A stretch of DNA of 64,000 nucleotides from Batkoa obscura (lineage: Eukaryota). The notes under the pieces were generated by a model, which did not search any database, had not been told where the DNA came from, and worked only from the letters and a program-made list of their open reading frames with translations. Shown here one piece after another: positions 23,873-35,857 of the stretch. A program made the position numbers and the translations under genes. Position 1 is the first letter of the stretch, and every line of letters begins with the position of its first letter. The stretch spans positions 1 through 64,000 of the forward strand of contig JASVEC010000026.1 of NCBI GenBank assembly GCA_030770535.1. Reading direction: 5' to 3'.

Positions 23873-25794
23873 ATTAAATAATTTTAAAAATGCAGCAAAA
23901 AAAATAGATTCATATAATATATGTGCCTAATATATAGTTAAAAAAATTATCTGAAAACAAAATAAATACATCGATAAAAAACAAAGCAAAGATAAAAAAA
24001 CCTTTTAATAAAAAAATTGTATAAATTATATAAATTGTGTAAATTTTATATTAATATTTAAAACATGTTTAATAAAACTATTAAAAAATTAAATGATAAA
24101 AGTTATATAATAATTTTAAACTTTAAATAAAATATAAAATATAAAAATAAAAATAAAACCAGGTTTAATAAATGTAGATCATTATAATAAATAAGTTATA
24201 CCAGTATTAAAGTTTAGTATTTTATATTTAAAAAATGATAGAATAGTAAGTAAAGTTTATTTTGATTATTTATCTGAAATGTTAAATTATAATTCAGCAT
24301 ATGAAAAAGACTGTTTAATTGATTTAATATTTAAAAAGCTTTTATTTAAAAAATTTACAAAAATTAATATATGGGCAGATATAAAGAACTATTTTAAATT
24401 TCGAGAGTTTTTATATTATATATTTAAAAAAATTCATAAACTAAATAATAGTTTAAATGTTGATCTTGGTTTTTTTGTTAAACATTTTAAAAAAATTTTA
24501 TAATAGAAAAATAGGTTTAAAACATTAAATAAAATAAAAAATATTAATTAATTAATTGATTTCAAAATTTGAGATTTTTATTTATAAACTAATAAAATTA
24601 ATAATTTAATTGTTAATGATAAAAAAACAGATATAATTTTTAAAAGGTATAAAATAAAAAAAATGCAAAAAAATAACAAAAGTACAAGGCATTAAAAAGT
24701 ATTTGCATTTTATTAAACGTGGTAATAAACTACACTGTTATCCACTATCTGATAAATAAATAAAAAGGGGTATAGTTACAATTAAAGTTATAGAGTCTAT
24801 AAAAAATAAAAAAATTAAAAGATCAACCCCAGCTTATCTTACAAAAATAACAGAAAATTAAAAATTTTAATATTTAATAAGCAAGTAAGTAGCTTATTAA
24901 ATGTTGATATTACTTAAATTGTTAATAGCCAAGTTAATAAATAATCAAAGAGCAAGTAGTTATAATAATAAGTAAAAGCTATTCTTATATTACTTATATT
25001 ACATAAAAATAGTTATTTATAGTTTCGAGGCTAACGAATCCCTCCCATCCAGCTATTTATTAACTTAGCGATATATTGATAATGTAATTATAGCGTTAAG
25101 ATAATTTATTTATTTGATAGCAAATCTGCAATGTTAGCTATAAACCAGCCAATAATAAATATCCCTTAATGAAGTTTTATAAAAATATTTATTTATTTAC
25201 ATATTACAACTTTGGTTAATATCCACATATAGGTTATATTAGTAAAAGCCTTGCTAATCTGGAAATTTCTATTAAATTTAGTAGAAATTCTGTTAACTTA
25301 AAATATAAATTGCAATAAAAAATCTAAAGCTATTAGGTGTTTTTGCTTTTAATAAAGAATTTATTTTTACAGAATTTTAATCAAGGTTTTTAAAATATAT
25401 AATTTTTAAAAATTGGGTAAAAAAATAAACCAATTCGGACATCCTCATATTTCAAATAGGTTTTACTTTTGCTTTTGCCTTTGATTACTCAACCTACTTA
25501 TCACCGACTAGTTAATTCCTGCAAAATAGCGGGATTTTAAAAAGCCGAAATTCAATACACATTTCTTGAATAGTGGGGCAACTCCTAATTTACTAATGAG
25601 GTGATGTTTCTTATATAGGACAGCGTAATACTAATAATTAGGGATTAATAATCAGTAGCTACGCCAAGATATGCAATGAATTTTTTAAAAGTTACTGACA
25701 TCATATTCTTTCATATTTGATAGCTCAACAAGACAAAAAGATATATAAACAAATGAAATTGAGTTTTCATCAATACTTTAACTTATAAGAAAGT

Positions 25795-26895
25795 ATGGGT
25801 TTAAAAGAACAAGTATTAGTAAGTAGAGGAACAGGATAGGTAGCACAGCAAGTCATCTTTGATTTGTTGAGACTCGGGTATGTCGTTAATACCACAGCAA
25901 GAAAACTTCGGGATTCTAGATGTGATATATTGAATCAATGGAAGGAAGAATTCCCGAATCAATTAAATATATTTGAAGCTGATTTATTGAAAAAAGACTC
26001 TTTTATTCCCTCATTGAAAGGATGTAAAGCTGCGTTTCATTTAGCCACTCCTGTTTTGTTTAAAAACCTGCCTACCGATCCATATGAAGAGCAAGTCAAA
26101 CCTGCAGTTGAAGGTATTCACCTTTCATGTAATAACAATATAAATACTGATAGATGTTAGGAACCCAGAATTTACTCGAAAGCATTTTGAAGATTGATAC
26201 CATTACCGACATTATTGTAACTAGCAGCTTATCTTCAGTATATACCACTTTTGACGTTAAAGAGGGCTACTATACTGAAAAAGATTTTAACTATAATGAA
26301 ACTATTGAAACAAGCCCTTATGCATACTCTAAAACCCAAGCTGAATTAAAAGTATGGGAGTTTGAGAAGCAACACTCTAATAAATACAGAATTTTGACTG
26401 TCAATCCAGGGGTTGTATTTGGACCGTTGATTGGAGCTAAGCAATTATCAATTAACGGAAAAGAAAGTAATGTAGGATTAGACTATATTAAAGACTATGT
26501 TAATGGGGTACATAAATTTATTGATAAAGGCAAGTTTTAGCTTTAAATAGTCGACAATAACTAACAATTAATAATTAGGTGGACGTGCTTATGTTGATGT
26601 ACGTGATGTGAGTAAAGCCCATATTCGGGCTTATGAAAATAAAAATGCAAGTGGACGATTCATCTGCAACAATGGCTCTTATTCTTGGGAAGAATTTTCA
26701 GGAATATTAAAGAAACTGCTACCCGATGCTCTCTTGCCATCTAAGATCAATCATGAATTAAAAGAAGAGCCTATACCTAAGTTTGATAATACCAAATCTA
26801 AAGAAATACTTGGTATTAATTATATCCCATTAGAGGTTTCTATTAAGGAACAATTAAAACAATTTAGCGATTTACCTTATCAAATTAAAGATTAA
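25795..26895 (+). pseudogene. NAD(P)-dependent epimerase/aldehyde reductase (extended SDR, Gre2/DFR-like) with an in-frame stop; introns 26114-26160 (GT-AG) and 26530-26578 (GC-AG)
   Basis: MGLKEQVLVSRGTG*VA (TAG at 25837-25839 in the Rossmann motif), FHLATP, PAVEGT, TSS, YAYSK, NPGVVFGP, YVDVRDVSKAH. Confidence 0.75.
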
Positions 26896-27827
26896 ATATA
26901 ATTGTTTAATAAATTCTTGTGGGCTATTATTATTATTATTTACAAATTTACCGACAAGTATATTTAATAAATAATATTCTTTTCGCTATAAAAAACGTTT
27001 AGTTCACTATTAATGGCCTTTTAGAAAAAGCCCAACTAAAAGTTTCTTTTTTTAAATTTGTCATAGCAATCACTGGTTGTAAGTTTAAGTTTGTGTAAAT
27101 AAAGAACCCATCAGATTTTATGACACTTTGAAAATTAGCTGTAACTCTAACACTAAAGATTAGTGAAAAAATACTCCTTTATTATAAAATTTGTTTGTGT
27201 TTTAAAAGTATGAGAAACATCATTAGATGTTAGAGCTAATTCCAGTAAAAATTGATAGGTGGTTGCCCTACTTCCGCGTGAAGGACACATACAAAAACCT
27301 TTTTAATAAATTATAGAAATATTTACGCTATAAATCAATTTTGTACATGTCAAAAAAGATAACAAGGTGTAAGTTCAAAATTATTATAATAGAGCGAAGT
27401 TTAAAAAAGCATCAAAAAAGCTAAAATCTAGTAGGATCATTCTTGTTGTAATATTTTACTCACATGCTAATCTTTGATATTAAATATGGACACATGAAAG
27501 TTCATCTTAACACTTCATATAAGTTGAAAAACCATTTCCCTTGCTTATAAAGTGATAAAACGAATGATATTATTTTAAGGCACTATTGTTTTAGTATTTA
27601 ATATTTACTATTTACTATTAATTATAAAAGATGATATTAAGATAAATTAAATAAAATTCTAGTGATTGATCTATTCAAAAAGCAATTAAACTGATAACTA
27701 TTGATCCTAATGATAAATTAAACTTTTGAGTGAATATAAAAAGCAATTCAAATTCATTCAAAAAACAATATCAAATATTTGACTGTTTATTGACTAAACA
27801 TTTATCCAATACTTTTAAACTATAAAA

Positions 27828-28259
27828 ATGATTTTCAACACTTTAGTTTCCTTATCTCTTTTAGCTACTGCTTTTGCTGCTCCACCTCAACGTCCTTCTC
27901 AAGCTCAATCTGGTATCCATCGTAGAGCTTCACCAGCTTCACCAGCTTCACCAGCTTATCCACAAATGGCTCAATCTGGTATCCATCGTAGAGCTGTACC
28001 AGCTTATCCTCAATCTGCCCAATCTGGTATCCATCGTCGTTGTGGTGGATGGGGAGGATGTGGTGGATGTGGTGGATGTGGTGGATGTGGTTTTTTCCCA
28101 TTCGTTGCACAAAACTTCAATGCAGTTGATGCTAATAATTGCTGTGTTAGTGATTTCAACCGTAACACTGAAGCAGCTGTATTTTGCGATAACATCTGTG
28201 ACTTTAATGCTGCATCTAATTGCTGTAGTGAAGTTAATGAAAATCTTATCATTGCTTAA
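27828..28259 (+). CDS. Secreted Kex2-repeat/Cys-Gly-rich precursor, copy 3 (143 aa)
   Basis: Nearly identical to copy 2 but with a 48-aa shorter CGG tract. Confidence 0.88.
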   Translation: MIFNTLVSLSLLATAFAAPPQRPSQAQSGIHRRASPASPASPAYPQMAQSGIHRRAVPAYPQSAQSGIHRRCGGWGGCGGCGGCGGCGFFPFVAQNFNAVDANNCCVSDFNRNTEAAVFCDNICDFNAASNCCSEVNENLIIA

Positions 28260-28686
28260 GGAGTGTAGGTGTTTATATTGTTTTTAGCGTAACTTAATTG
28301 ATTCAAGTTATTTTTTATTCAATAAAGTGAGTTTAAAAGTATTTTTATTATTTGGAGTTTTATGTTTTCCGGTTTATACTTTATAAATTATTATAGTAAG
28401 AGTTTAAGGCTTAAGTGTTAAGATTATTCGCTTTGTATAGTATATAATTTAATCCAAAAGTAAGATACGTTTATTGCAACGAAAATCAATACATTAAGCT
28501 TGTATTTGTATATACAATTTTAACTAAGGAGTCTAATGCCAAACTTGTGAATTTACAATTTTTCATAAAGTAAATCTAAAATATGCTACATTATTCAAAA
28601 TAAATGATTTTTGAGCTATTTGATAAGTTTCTATCTATGTTCGCTATTAATTTTTTAAAATTCTAACGTTAACATTAGCACACTAA

Positions 28687-28793
28687 ATATGGGGGTGTTT
28701 TTTTTGGTTTCATCAATTTTTCTATTTTTTAAGCGCTATTTGAGCGGAAATATTGTTAGTAAAATTCTTAAACAAAAAAATACATCCCCATAT
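28687..28793. mobile_element. ~105-bp MITE copy
   Basis: atatgggggtgt...acatccccatat; near-identical to the copy at 41005. Confidence 0.88.
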
Positions 28794-29396
28794 AGCTTTC
28801 ATATATAGTTTTTTATTTTTTTAATATCAATATTTAAAAACTAATTTAATTTATAAATAGCGAATTACGTCTTAAAACTTGACATTATTATTTTATCTTA
28901 ACTTATCAACAAAACTTTTACCAAAAAAAGCTATAAATTAATTATTATTCAAATAACAACATTCTACTTGCTAACATAGTAAATAAGTCAATAATACAGT
29001 ATAAAAAACCCTTAGAACTATAATAACAAAGTGAAATGTATAAAACCCTAAAAAACTCAATTAAAAGTTGAAAAATCATTTTTATCGTATAGTTTTATTC
29101 CTATATTAACCTCCAACATCAAATACAGCTGGACTAAAAGTATCGTAATAATGCGTATGAGTAATAAAATCAGTTTATTCATTTAAGAATAATGATGTGA
29201 AGTACTGTTTTATCAAAAATATTATTAAATATTTATTTAATGTTTATCATTATTGTTGAAAGATGGTAATAGGATAAATTGTTTTTGTAAAAGAGTACAA
29301 AAGCAATGTAAATTCATTCAAAAAACAATATCAAATATTTGACTGTTTGTTGACTAAACAACTTTCAATACTTTCAATACTTTCAAACTATAAAAA

Positions 29397-29623
29397 ATGA
29401 TTTTCAGTACTTTAGTTTCATTATCCCTTTTAGCTACTGCTTTGCTGCTCCACCTCAACATCCTTCTAAAGCTCAATATGGGATTCATCGTAGAGCTTCA
29501 CCAGCTTATCCAGCTTATCCACAAATGGCTCAATCTGGTATTAATTGCCATTGTTATGGTGGTTTTGACGGCTTGGGCGGTCTTGGTGAATGGGGTGACT
29601 TTGGAGGCTATGAAGCTTATTAA
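29397..29623 (+). pseudogene. Cys-Gly precursor copy 4, frameshifted and truncated
   Basis: 1-nt deletion near 29441 (GCTTTGCT vs GCTTTTGCT). The restored frame reads [58 protein letters not shown]; the second RR and the C-terminal domain are lost. Confidence 0.8.
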
Positions 29624-31060
29624 TCCATTACTTGAAATTTACAACTGATTTCGATAGTTTTTTTATTCGATAAATTTGGTTTGTTAGCTATAATTTTTGA
29701 AAGCTTTATTAATTTATGATTATATCATTATTAATTTGTGTTATTTAGTTTATAAAGGATAAAATAGAAAATTGTATTATTTTTGCAACATAAAATTTAA
29801 ATGACTTAAGGAATTAAATTTCTATTTATTATGTTTTTTAATTATAATATTTCTGATTTTAGGATTAAATATTTCAATTTTAACAGTTATAAAATAGTTT
29901 TTAAAAATACGATTACATTTTTCAAGAGTTGAGTAATGGTTTAAACTAGTTATTCTATCTTTGGTGAATTTCTACTATTTATTACTATTTATTATTATTT
30001 ATTAATTTTTATATTAATAAACTAAGTTATAAAATCTATCTATACTCTACTGAATTTACTTTTATTAAATAAATATTGAAATTTAAAAAATTATTTTTAA
30101 AAAATAGCAAGTTAACTTTTAAAGCGTAAACAATTTGCTTTATGCTTAAAATTGAAACCTTGAGTAGGAAGCGATGGATTAAAATGCTATAAATTTAATA
30201 AATGTTGAATAGTAGCTCATACAAATAGGCACTTAACCTTGATTTTGCTGCTCCTTGCTCTTTCTACTGCTTCTATAAAAAACTCATATATCAAAAACTA
30301 TCCTTTATCTTGTACCTCAAATCCTCTAATGTTAAATATTTACCTGCACTCTTAATTTTATCCTTTCGTCTAGTAGACTTGAATTGGCCTTTTTATCCTC
30401 GAGGTCTACCTATTTTCAATTTGTGTATCTATAATCTCCTTATCTCTTTTGCGTAGTGAAATGTAATAATACCATCAATCAGCTCTTTTAAAAGAAAATT
30501 GATTTCAAATATCAACACAGTAAATAAATTGGCTATAAAATTGGATAAACTTTATAAATATTGTGATATGTTAAGCACGTTAAAAGGAAAACACATTACT
30601 AAAAAGGTATTTTATCCTTATCCTATTAAGAGTTCGCTTCTATTGCAGCTTCCAATACCAAATCTGTCTATATTTAATTTTATTATAACTCAAACGTGTA
30701 CGTAAAGATGATTCAATTACTTACAAGTAGCCGAAGAAAATAGTATTTATTTATATTTTAAAGTATTTACTATAGCATGTAAGGGATTGTTAAAATACGA
30801 TTTTAATGTAACATTAATATGTATTTGTAGCATTTATTCTTGTTTTTCATAAACCATCAATCCAAAAGATAAATAACTTCCTAATTTATCACCTTAAAAG
30901 CTTCATTAATCGCCAATTAAACTGATAAATAACCAATACAAACAATCACCTCGCTCTTCAAAACTCATATAAAACCCTACCAAAATCCTTGCTGAAAATA
31001 ATATCAAATATTTGACTGTTTATTGACTAAACATTTATCCAATACTTTTAAACTATAAAA

Positions 31061-31357
31061 ATGATTTTCAACACTTTAGTTTCCTTATCTCTTTTAGCTA
31101 CTGCTTTTGCTGCTCCACCTCAACGTCCTTCTCAAGCTCAATCTGGTATTTATCGTAGAGCTACGCCTGTGAGTCCTCAAAATCCTTCCCAAGCTCAGTC
31201 TAGTATTCATCGTCGCTGTGAAGGGTATAGTGGTTGTGGTGGCCATGGAGGTTGTGGAGGACATGGTGGATGTAGTGGATGTGGAAGTCATGGAAACTGT
31301 GGTGGATGTGGAAGCCATGGAAACTGTGGTGGACATGGCGGCTGTGGAGGTTGTTAG
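31061..31357 (+). CDS. Cys-Gly precursor copy 5: His-substituted, lacks the Asn/Cys C-terminal domain (98 aa)
   Basis: Same leader and signal peptide; two RR sites; mature part CEGYSGCGGHGGCGGHGGCSGCGSHGNCGGCGSHGNCGGHGGCGGC. Confidence 0.78.
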   Translation: MIFNTLVSLSLLATAFAAPPQRPSQAQSGIYRRATPVSPQNPSQAQSSIHRRCEGYSGCGGHGGCGGHGGCSGCGSHGNCGGCGSHGNCGGHGGCGGC

Positions 31358-32018
31358 GAGAATGAAAGCTGTGGTCTATGCCATTATTATTATATTTAAG
31401 TATAAAATTAATTGTATCAAGTTATATGAAATTTATATTATAAATAAAATAAATAATCTAGACAATAAATTGGAGTTTTTATTGAGTTATAAAACTTTAC
31501 CACTATCTCTCATATTCTTTTTTCAAGATGTAAATACTATTTTTCTATAGGATTATACTATTACATCCTTTAAAATCTCTTTTTCAGATAAATTTCCTCT
31601 TTTGACTGTTGTTTATCATCCACTGGATAGATGGCCTCAATCGTTCTTTGATTAAGTTTTATCTGGCCTTTAAAAACTGGTCCTTATTTTACAATTATCT
31701 CTTGAAGTAAAACATCAACTAATGTTATTTTTCAAATAGATAAATAAACAAAGTATCAAGCTAAACAGAGAAGTATAATGTTTCTTGTATTAAAGTTAAT
31801 TTAATTCAAGTTGGTGTTTTTTAATTTACTATCAATATATATGAAACATTTAAGAGTTAGCAACATTTTCAAGATTTTTTCTATAAAAACGAATAACTAA
31901 ATGAGCTAAATAATGTAGTTATAAAATTATTAAAATAAAAAACCTTACAAATTTGCATATTATAACTTATTGATAATCTGATTCATTATAAACAAAAATA
32001 GTACAGAATAGAATTTTC

Positions 32019-32124
32019 AAATTGAGAAGTATTTTTTTGTTTAAGAATTTTACTAACAATCTTTCACTCAAATAGCGCTTAAAAAATGGAAAAAATGATG
32101 AAGCTAAAAAAAACACCCTCAAAT
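32019..32124. mobile_element. ~105-bp MITE copy
   Basis: Family core with slightly decayed ends. Confidence 0.78.
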
Positions 32125-33447
32125 AATAGCATTCTATCACCTATTATTTTCTATTAGTAATAATGATAAAATAGTCAACTTTAAATTTTAATATGAGCAT
32201 ATATGAAATAATGTCCTCACTATTGGCATCTAAATATAAAGAAGTTACATTACTCAATCAATTCTAAAAACCTGTAACTAATCGAAAACTTAGCCACAGA
32301 GCGCTAACACTTGAGTTATGTACTAGCAGCTTCAACTTCAACTTTACAATCCGATTTTCATTAGTAATTCAAAATATCAGACATAAAATAGCCCGTTTTC
32401 AAGAAGAACTAAAGTTTGGAAAAATAAAGTTAACTTTAACTAAACTCCGATATTAAAAAAACTGCCATTGCAACTGGCAACTATAGTATATTAACTTTTA
32501 AAAGAATTCTAAATTTTCTAATTCTAGAACAAAAACTATTTAGAGGAACTCAAGTTTGGAAATTCAATTTTCGAAAAGTTTAACAACTATAAATCTATTT
32601 TAAAACCTTCAACCCCAATAATGCCAAGAGGGCTATAAGATAAAAATAAATTGAAGTTGGCAAGGGATAATTAAGTAAACACAAGGTAAATTGACTAATT
32701 TTTAGTTATTACTATAAACTTAATTGTCGGTTTTTTGCATTACTAGCTGAAAATTTGTAATATCCAAAAATAACTATTAATTAGTACGTAACTTTAATAA
32801 AAAATAAAAAGCTCAATAAATTCAATAAATTGAAAAAAAAATAAAAGTAAAATGAAGAATGGTGATGTCATTTTCAAAGAAGAAGCACTATTCATTAAAA
32901 AAAATAGTCATTAACAATTACATAATATCGGTATTATTTAATAATTAGTAATATTAGGAAGATTGTTAGAGTAACAATTATTGCAATTCTATTATGGTCA
33001 TTAATCTTAATATCAATTAAAGTTGATATTTAAATTTCATAATTGATATATCAAGCCTCTGCTTTTATATAATCTAGAGAGGATTGATTGTTAGTTTAAA
33101 CTCTCAGTTAATTTATCCGTATCAATTAGCTATATTGACCAATTATATTAAGACAGTCGATGTTTTAAATTGAAGTTTAATGAATTTTCTATGGGCTTAA
33201 ATTTGAACTAAAATCTCAAGCACCTATTATTGTCCAATCAATAAAAAAGCGGAATAATTTCAATTTTGTTATAAAAATAGCTTAAAATTTCAAAACCCTT
33301 GGCAAATTGAGTTAAGAATTGAAGATTAAATTGGGTGCTTAATAAATCAACTTGAAACTATAAATAACTATCAATTTTCTCCTTTTTATAAATTATTATT
33401 TTATATTTTATACTTAACTAAAAAACAATATCAAAAATACTATAAAA

Positions 33448-34182
33448 ATGTTAGGTACATTCAACTTTCATAAAATCACCTTATTCCATTGGATTTGGTT
33501 ATTTTCCACTTTCGTCACCGTTTATGCTCAAGATGCTACCAACCCAAGCACTCCTAGCACCGGTATTTCCGTTGGTCAAATTATTGGAGGAGTTATCTTT
33601 ATTATTGTTGGTCTTATTTTCACTTTTGCTGGTAATCGTATTCTCAAATTCATTATCTTTTTAGCGGGTGGTGCCTTGCTTGCTTATCTTACTTTCCTTG
33701 CTGCTAATGCTATTGTTGACTTTAACACTGCTACTGATGGTCAAAAAATAGGTATTTATGTAGCTATGGGAGTATTAGGATTATTAGGTGGTTTCTTGGC
33801 AGTTTGTATATGGCAATTAGGACTTGCTTTATTAGGTGGTTGTTTAGGTGCTTCTATTGGTTTATTAATTAATAGAACTAATGTTATCCCTGGTAAAACT
33901 GGACAAATTATCCTTGTGGTTGTATTGGCTATTGTATTTGCTATTTTAACCTTTATATTTAGAAATGTATTGGTAATAATTGCTACTGCTGTATTTGGTG
34001 CTACTACCTTTATGATGGGTGTCGATTATTTTGCTAAAACTGGATTCAATACTTTATTCCAAAATATTGGTCAAGGTCCTGCTCCTACTCCAGATGCTAA
34101 GATTTGGGCTATGATTGGATCAACTATTGCCATTGCTATTATTGGTATCTTAGTACAATTTAAAACTAAGAAATCTAGCTAG
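33448..34182 (+). CDS. Multi-pass Gly-rich membrane protein, DUF4203/TMEM198-like
   Basis: Signal peptide plus about seven TM helices; FAGNRILKFIIFLAG and TAVFGATTFMMGVDYF resemble the family. Confidence 0.8.
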   Translation: MLGTFNFHKITLFHWIWLFSTFVTVYAQDATNPSTPSTGISVGQIIGGVIFIIVGLIFTFAGNRILKFIIFLAGGALLAYLTFLAANAIVDFNTATDGQKIGIYVAMGVLGLLGGFLAVCIWQLGLALLGGCLGASIGLLINRTNVIPGKTGQIILVVVLAIVFAILTFIFRNVLVIIATAVFGATTFMMGVDYFAKTGFNTLFQNIGQGPAPTPDAKIWAMIGSTIAIAIIGILVQFKTKKSS

Positions 34183-34312
34183 ATGAACATTATTGTTATT
34201 TAAATTTATATTAATTGTAAATAAAATTTAATTTTTACTATAAAATATATTATGTTTTTTTACTTGTTTTTATTATTATAGTAAATCGAAAATAATTTTG
34301 TTTATAAACTTA

Positions 34313-35452
34313 TTAATCTTCACCACCGCTAGAAAAAGCATCAGCAGAAGGGCTAGCTGGTCCAGCAATACCAGGGGAAGTAGGTACAGCAGCTTGAGTA
34401 TTTTGTTTGTTTTTATTAAAATGCTCCATAGTAGGTGGAGGTTTACTAGTGATTGCTTTAATTTCCTGTTTTAATAATTGACAATACTCTTCTAAAGGTA
34501 AATCATTATCATCATAACCAAATGGATTTTCAATTTCTTCACCGATATTAATAATACCAAATGAAGTAAATACAACTATCAATACAATTGGAATAATTAA
34601 CATATCTTTAAATTGTTGTTCATTAACTCCAACTGTGTAAAATTTGCCAATTAATTGAAATGGTAAGGTTAAACAAAACAACCAAGTAATTTGAGATAAA
34701 TGTACCGAATAAGCTGTAGGAATCGGGGTTCTTAAGATACGTTCAAATCCAGATAAAGAATCAATTAATGAATTAATATTAGCTATCATAACACTATTGA
34801 CTGGAGGAGCTAATTGATTTTTACCTGCATATTCAGCAATAAAAGTTGATATACAAAACGCAATTTCAATAGGTAAATTAGTAGAACTTACTTCTTCTTC
34901 ATTTTTTTGAATCATTTCTAATTCATTATTAGGATCATTGATTTTATCAGGTAAATCAATAACAGTAGGTTCTAAAGAAGAAGGTACCGAATATCTTGGT
35001 AAATGAGCAATTAGATGTTTTAAATCATTAAACTCTGTACCATATTCACTACGTAAATAATGCTTGATAGCTACTGGATAGGCTATTAATAAATCTAATA
35101 CTTTTTCTTTTGCTACTCGATCTATATTATCTTTTTCTATTACATGGACCCATATATTTCTTGTTAGCGCACGAATAGCTACTGTCATTGTAGACCATAA
35201 CCGACGTCCTTCCCAATACCTATCATAAGCAGTATTCGTTCTAAAGACCAATAACAAGGATAAAACTAAAGTAGTTAATGTGGATAAAAAGTCCTCAATT
35301 TTTAAAGAAACTACATAACGATTAATAAGAACTACAGCGCAAGTCCAAAATAAAAAAAAAGCTAATTTTGGCAAAACATGTTTAATAACAGATCCTTTAT
35401 ATTTTAAAGCTGTAAATTTAAAGGCATTATATTTCACTTCCGATTGTGTCAT
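34313..35452 (-). CDS. Bestrophin-family (UPF0187/YneE-type) anion channel
   Basis: LLLVFRTNTAYDRYWEGRRLW, ERILRTPIP.AY, IGEEIENPFGYDDNDLPLE. Confidence 0.92.
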   Translation of the reverse strand: MTQSEVKYNAFKFTALKYKGSVIKHVLPKLAFFLFWTCAVVLINRYVVSLKIEDFLSTLTTLVLSLLLVFRTNTAYDRYWEGRRLWSTMTVAIRALTRNIWVHVIEKDNIDRVAKEKVLDLLIAYPVAIKHYLRSEYGTEFNDLKHLIAHLPRYSVPSSLEPTVIDLPDKINDPNNELEMIQKNEEEVSSTNLPIEIAFCISTFIAEYAGKNQLAPPVNSVMIANINSLIDSLSGFERILRTPIPTAYSVHLSQITWLFCLTLPFQLIGKFYTVGVNEQQFKDMLIIPIVLIVVFTSFGIINIGEEIENPFGYDDNDLPLEEYCQLLKQEIKAITSKPPPTMEHFNKNKQNTQAAVPTSPGIAGPASPSADAFSSGGED

Positions 35453-35857
35453 TGTAAGTTAAACTAAAAGAAAAGTTAGGAATTTAATTTATTTTTTTTG
35501 GGTTTTAAGGGTTTGTTCCTTTAGAAATTAAAAGTTCAGTTTATCTAATTTATTGGTTTAAGGAGTAATCAATTATGATTTATTATTGGTGAGATAACTA
35601 CATGGCTAAAGAGTAGAGGATTCTTCTTCTTATTATTATATTATATTATACCATATAGTATGTATTATTATATATTGTTGTATAGTCAATATTCTAGTAG
35701 CTCCCACCCTCATCAAAGCAATTAAATACAACCGATTGGTCGAAAAAACTATTTTAAACAGCCAATCAAATCTCCCATATCACTTCCATTCACTTGGATC
35801 AAAAAAAATTCTAAATTTTTATTACATCAAGTTATTTGACTCAACAAATATAATAAA

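Noticed and set aside
24279..24503. 74-aa ORF in an extremely AT-rich tract
   Set aside because: K/I/F/N composition expected from random AT-rich DNA.
20477..28287. Alternative-frame and antisense ORFs (poly-VVD, HHI, HPP, STT) over the Cys-Gly genes
   Set aside because: By-products of the TGTGGTGGA repeat; only the CGG frame has a signal peptide and a conserved ATG context.
20431..31357. Canonical dikaritin/borosin RiPP cluster
   Set aside because: No UstYa/DUF3328, methyltransferase or prolyl oligopeptidase gene recognised nearby; kept only as a KEP-like hypothesis.
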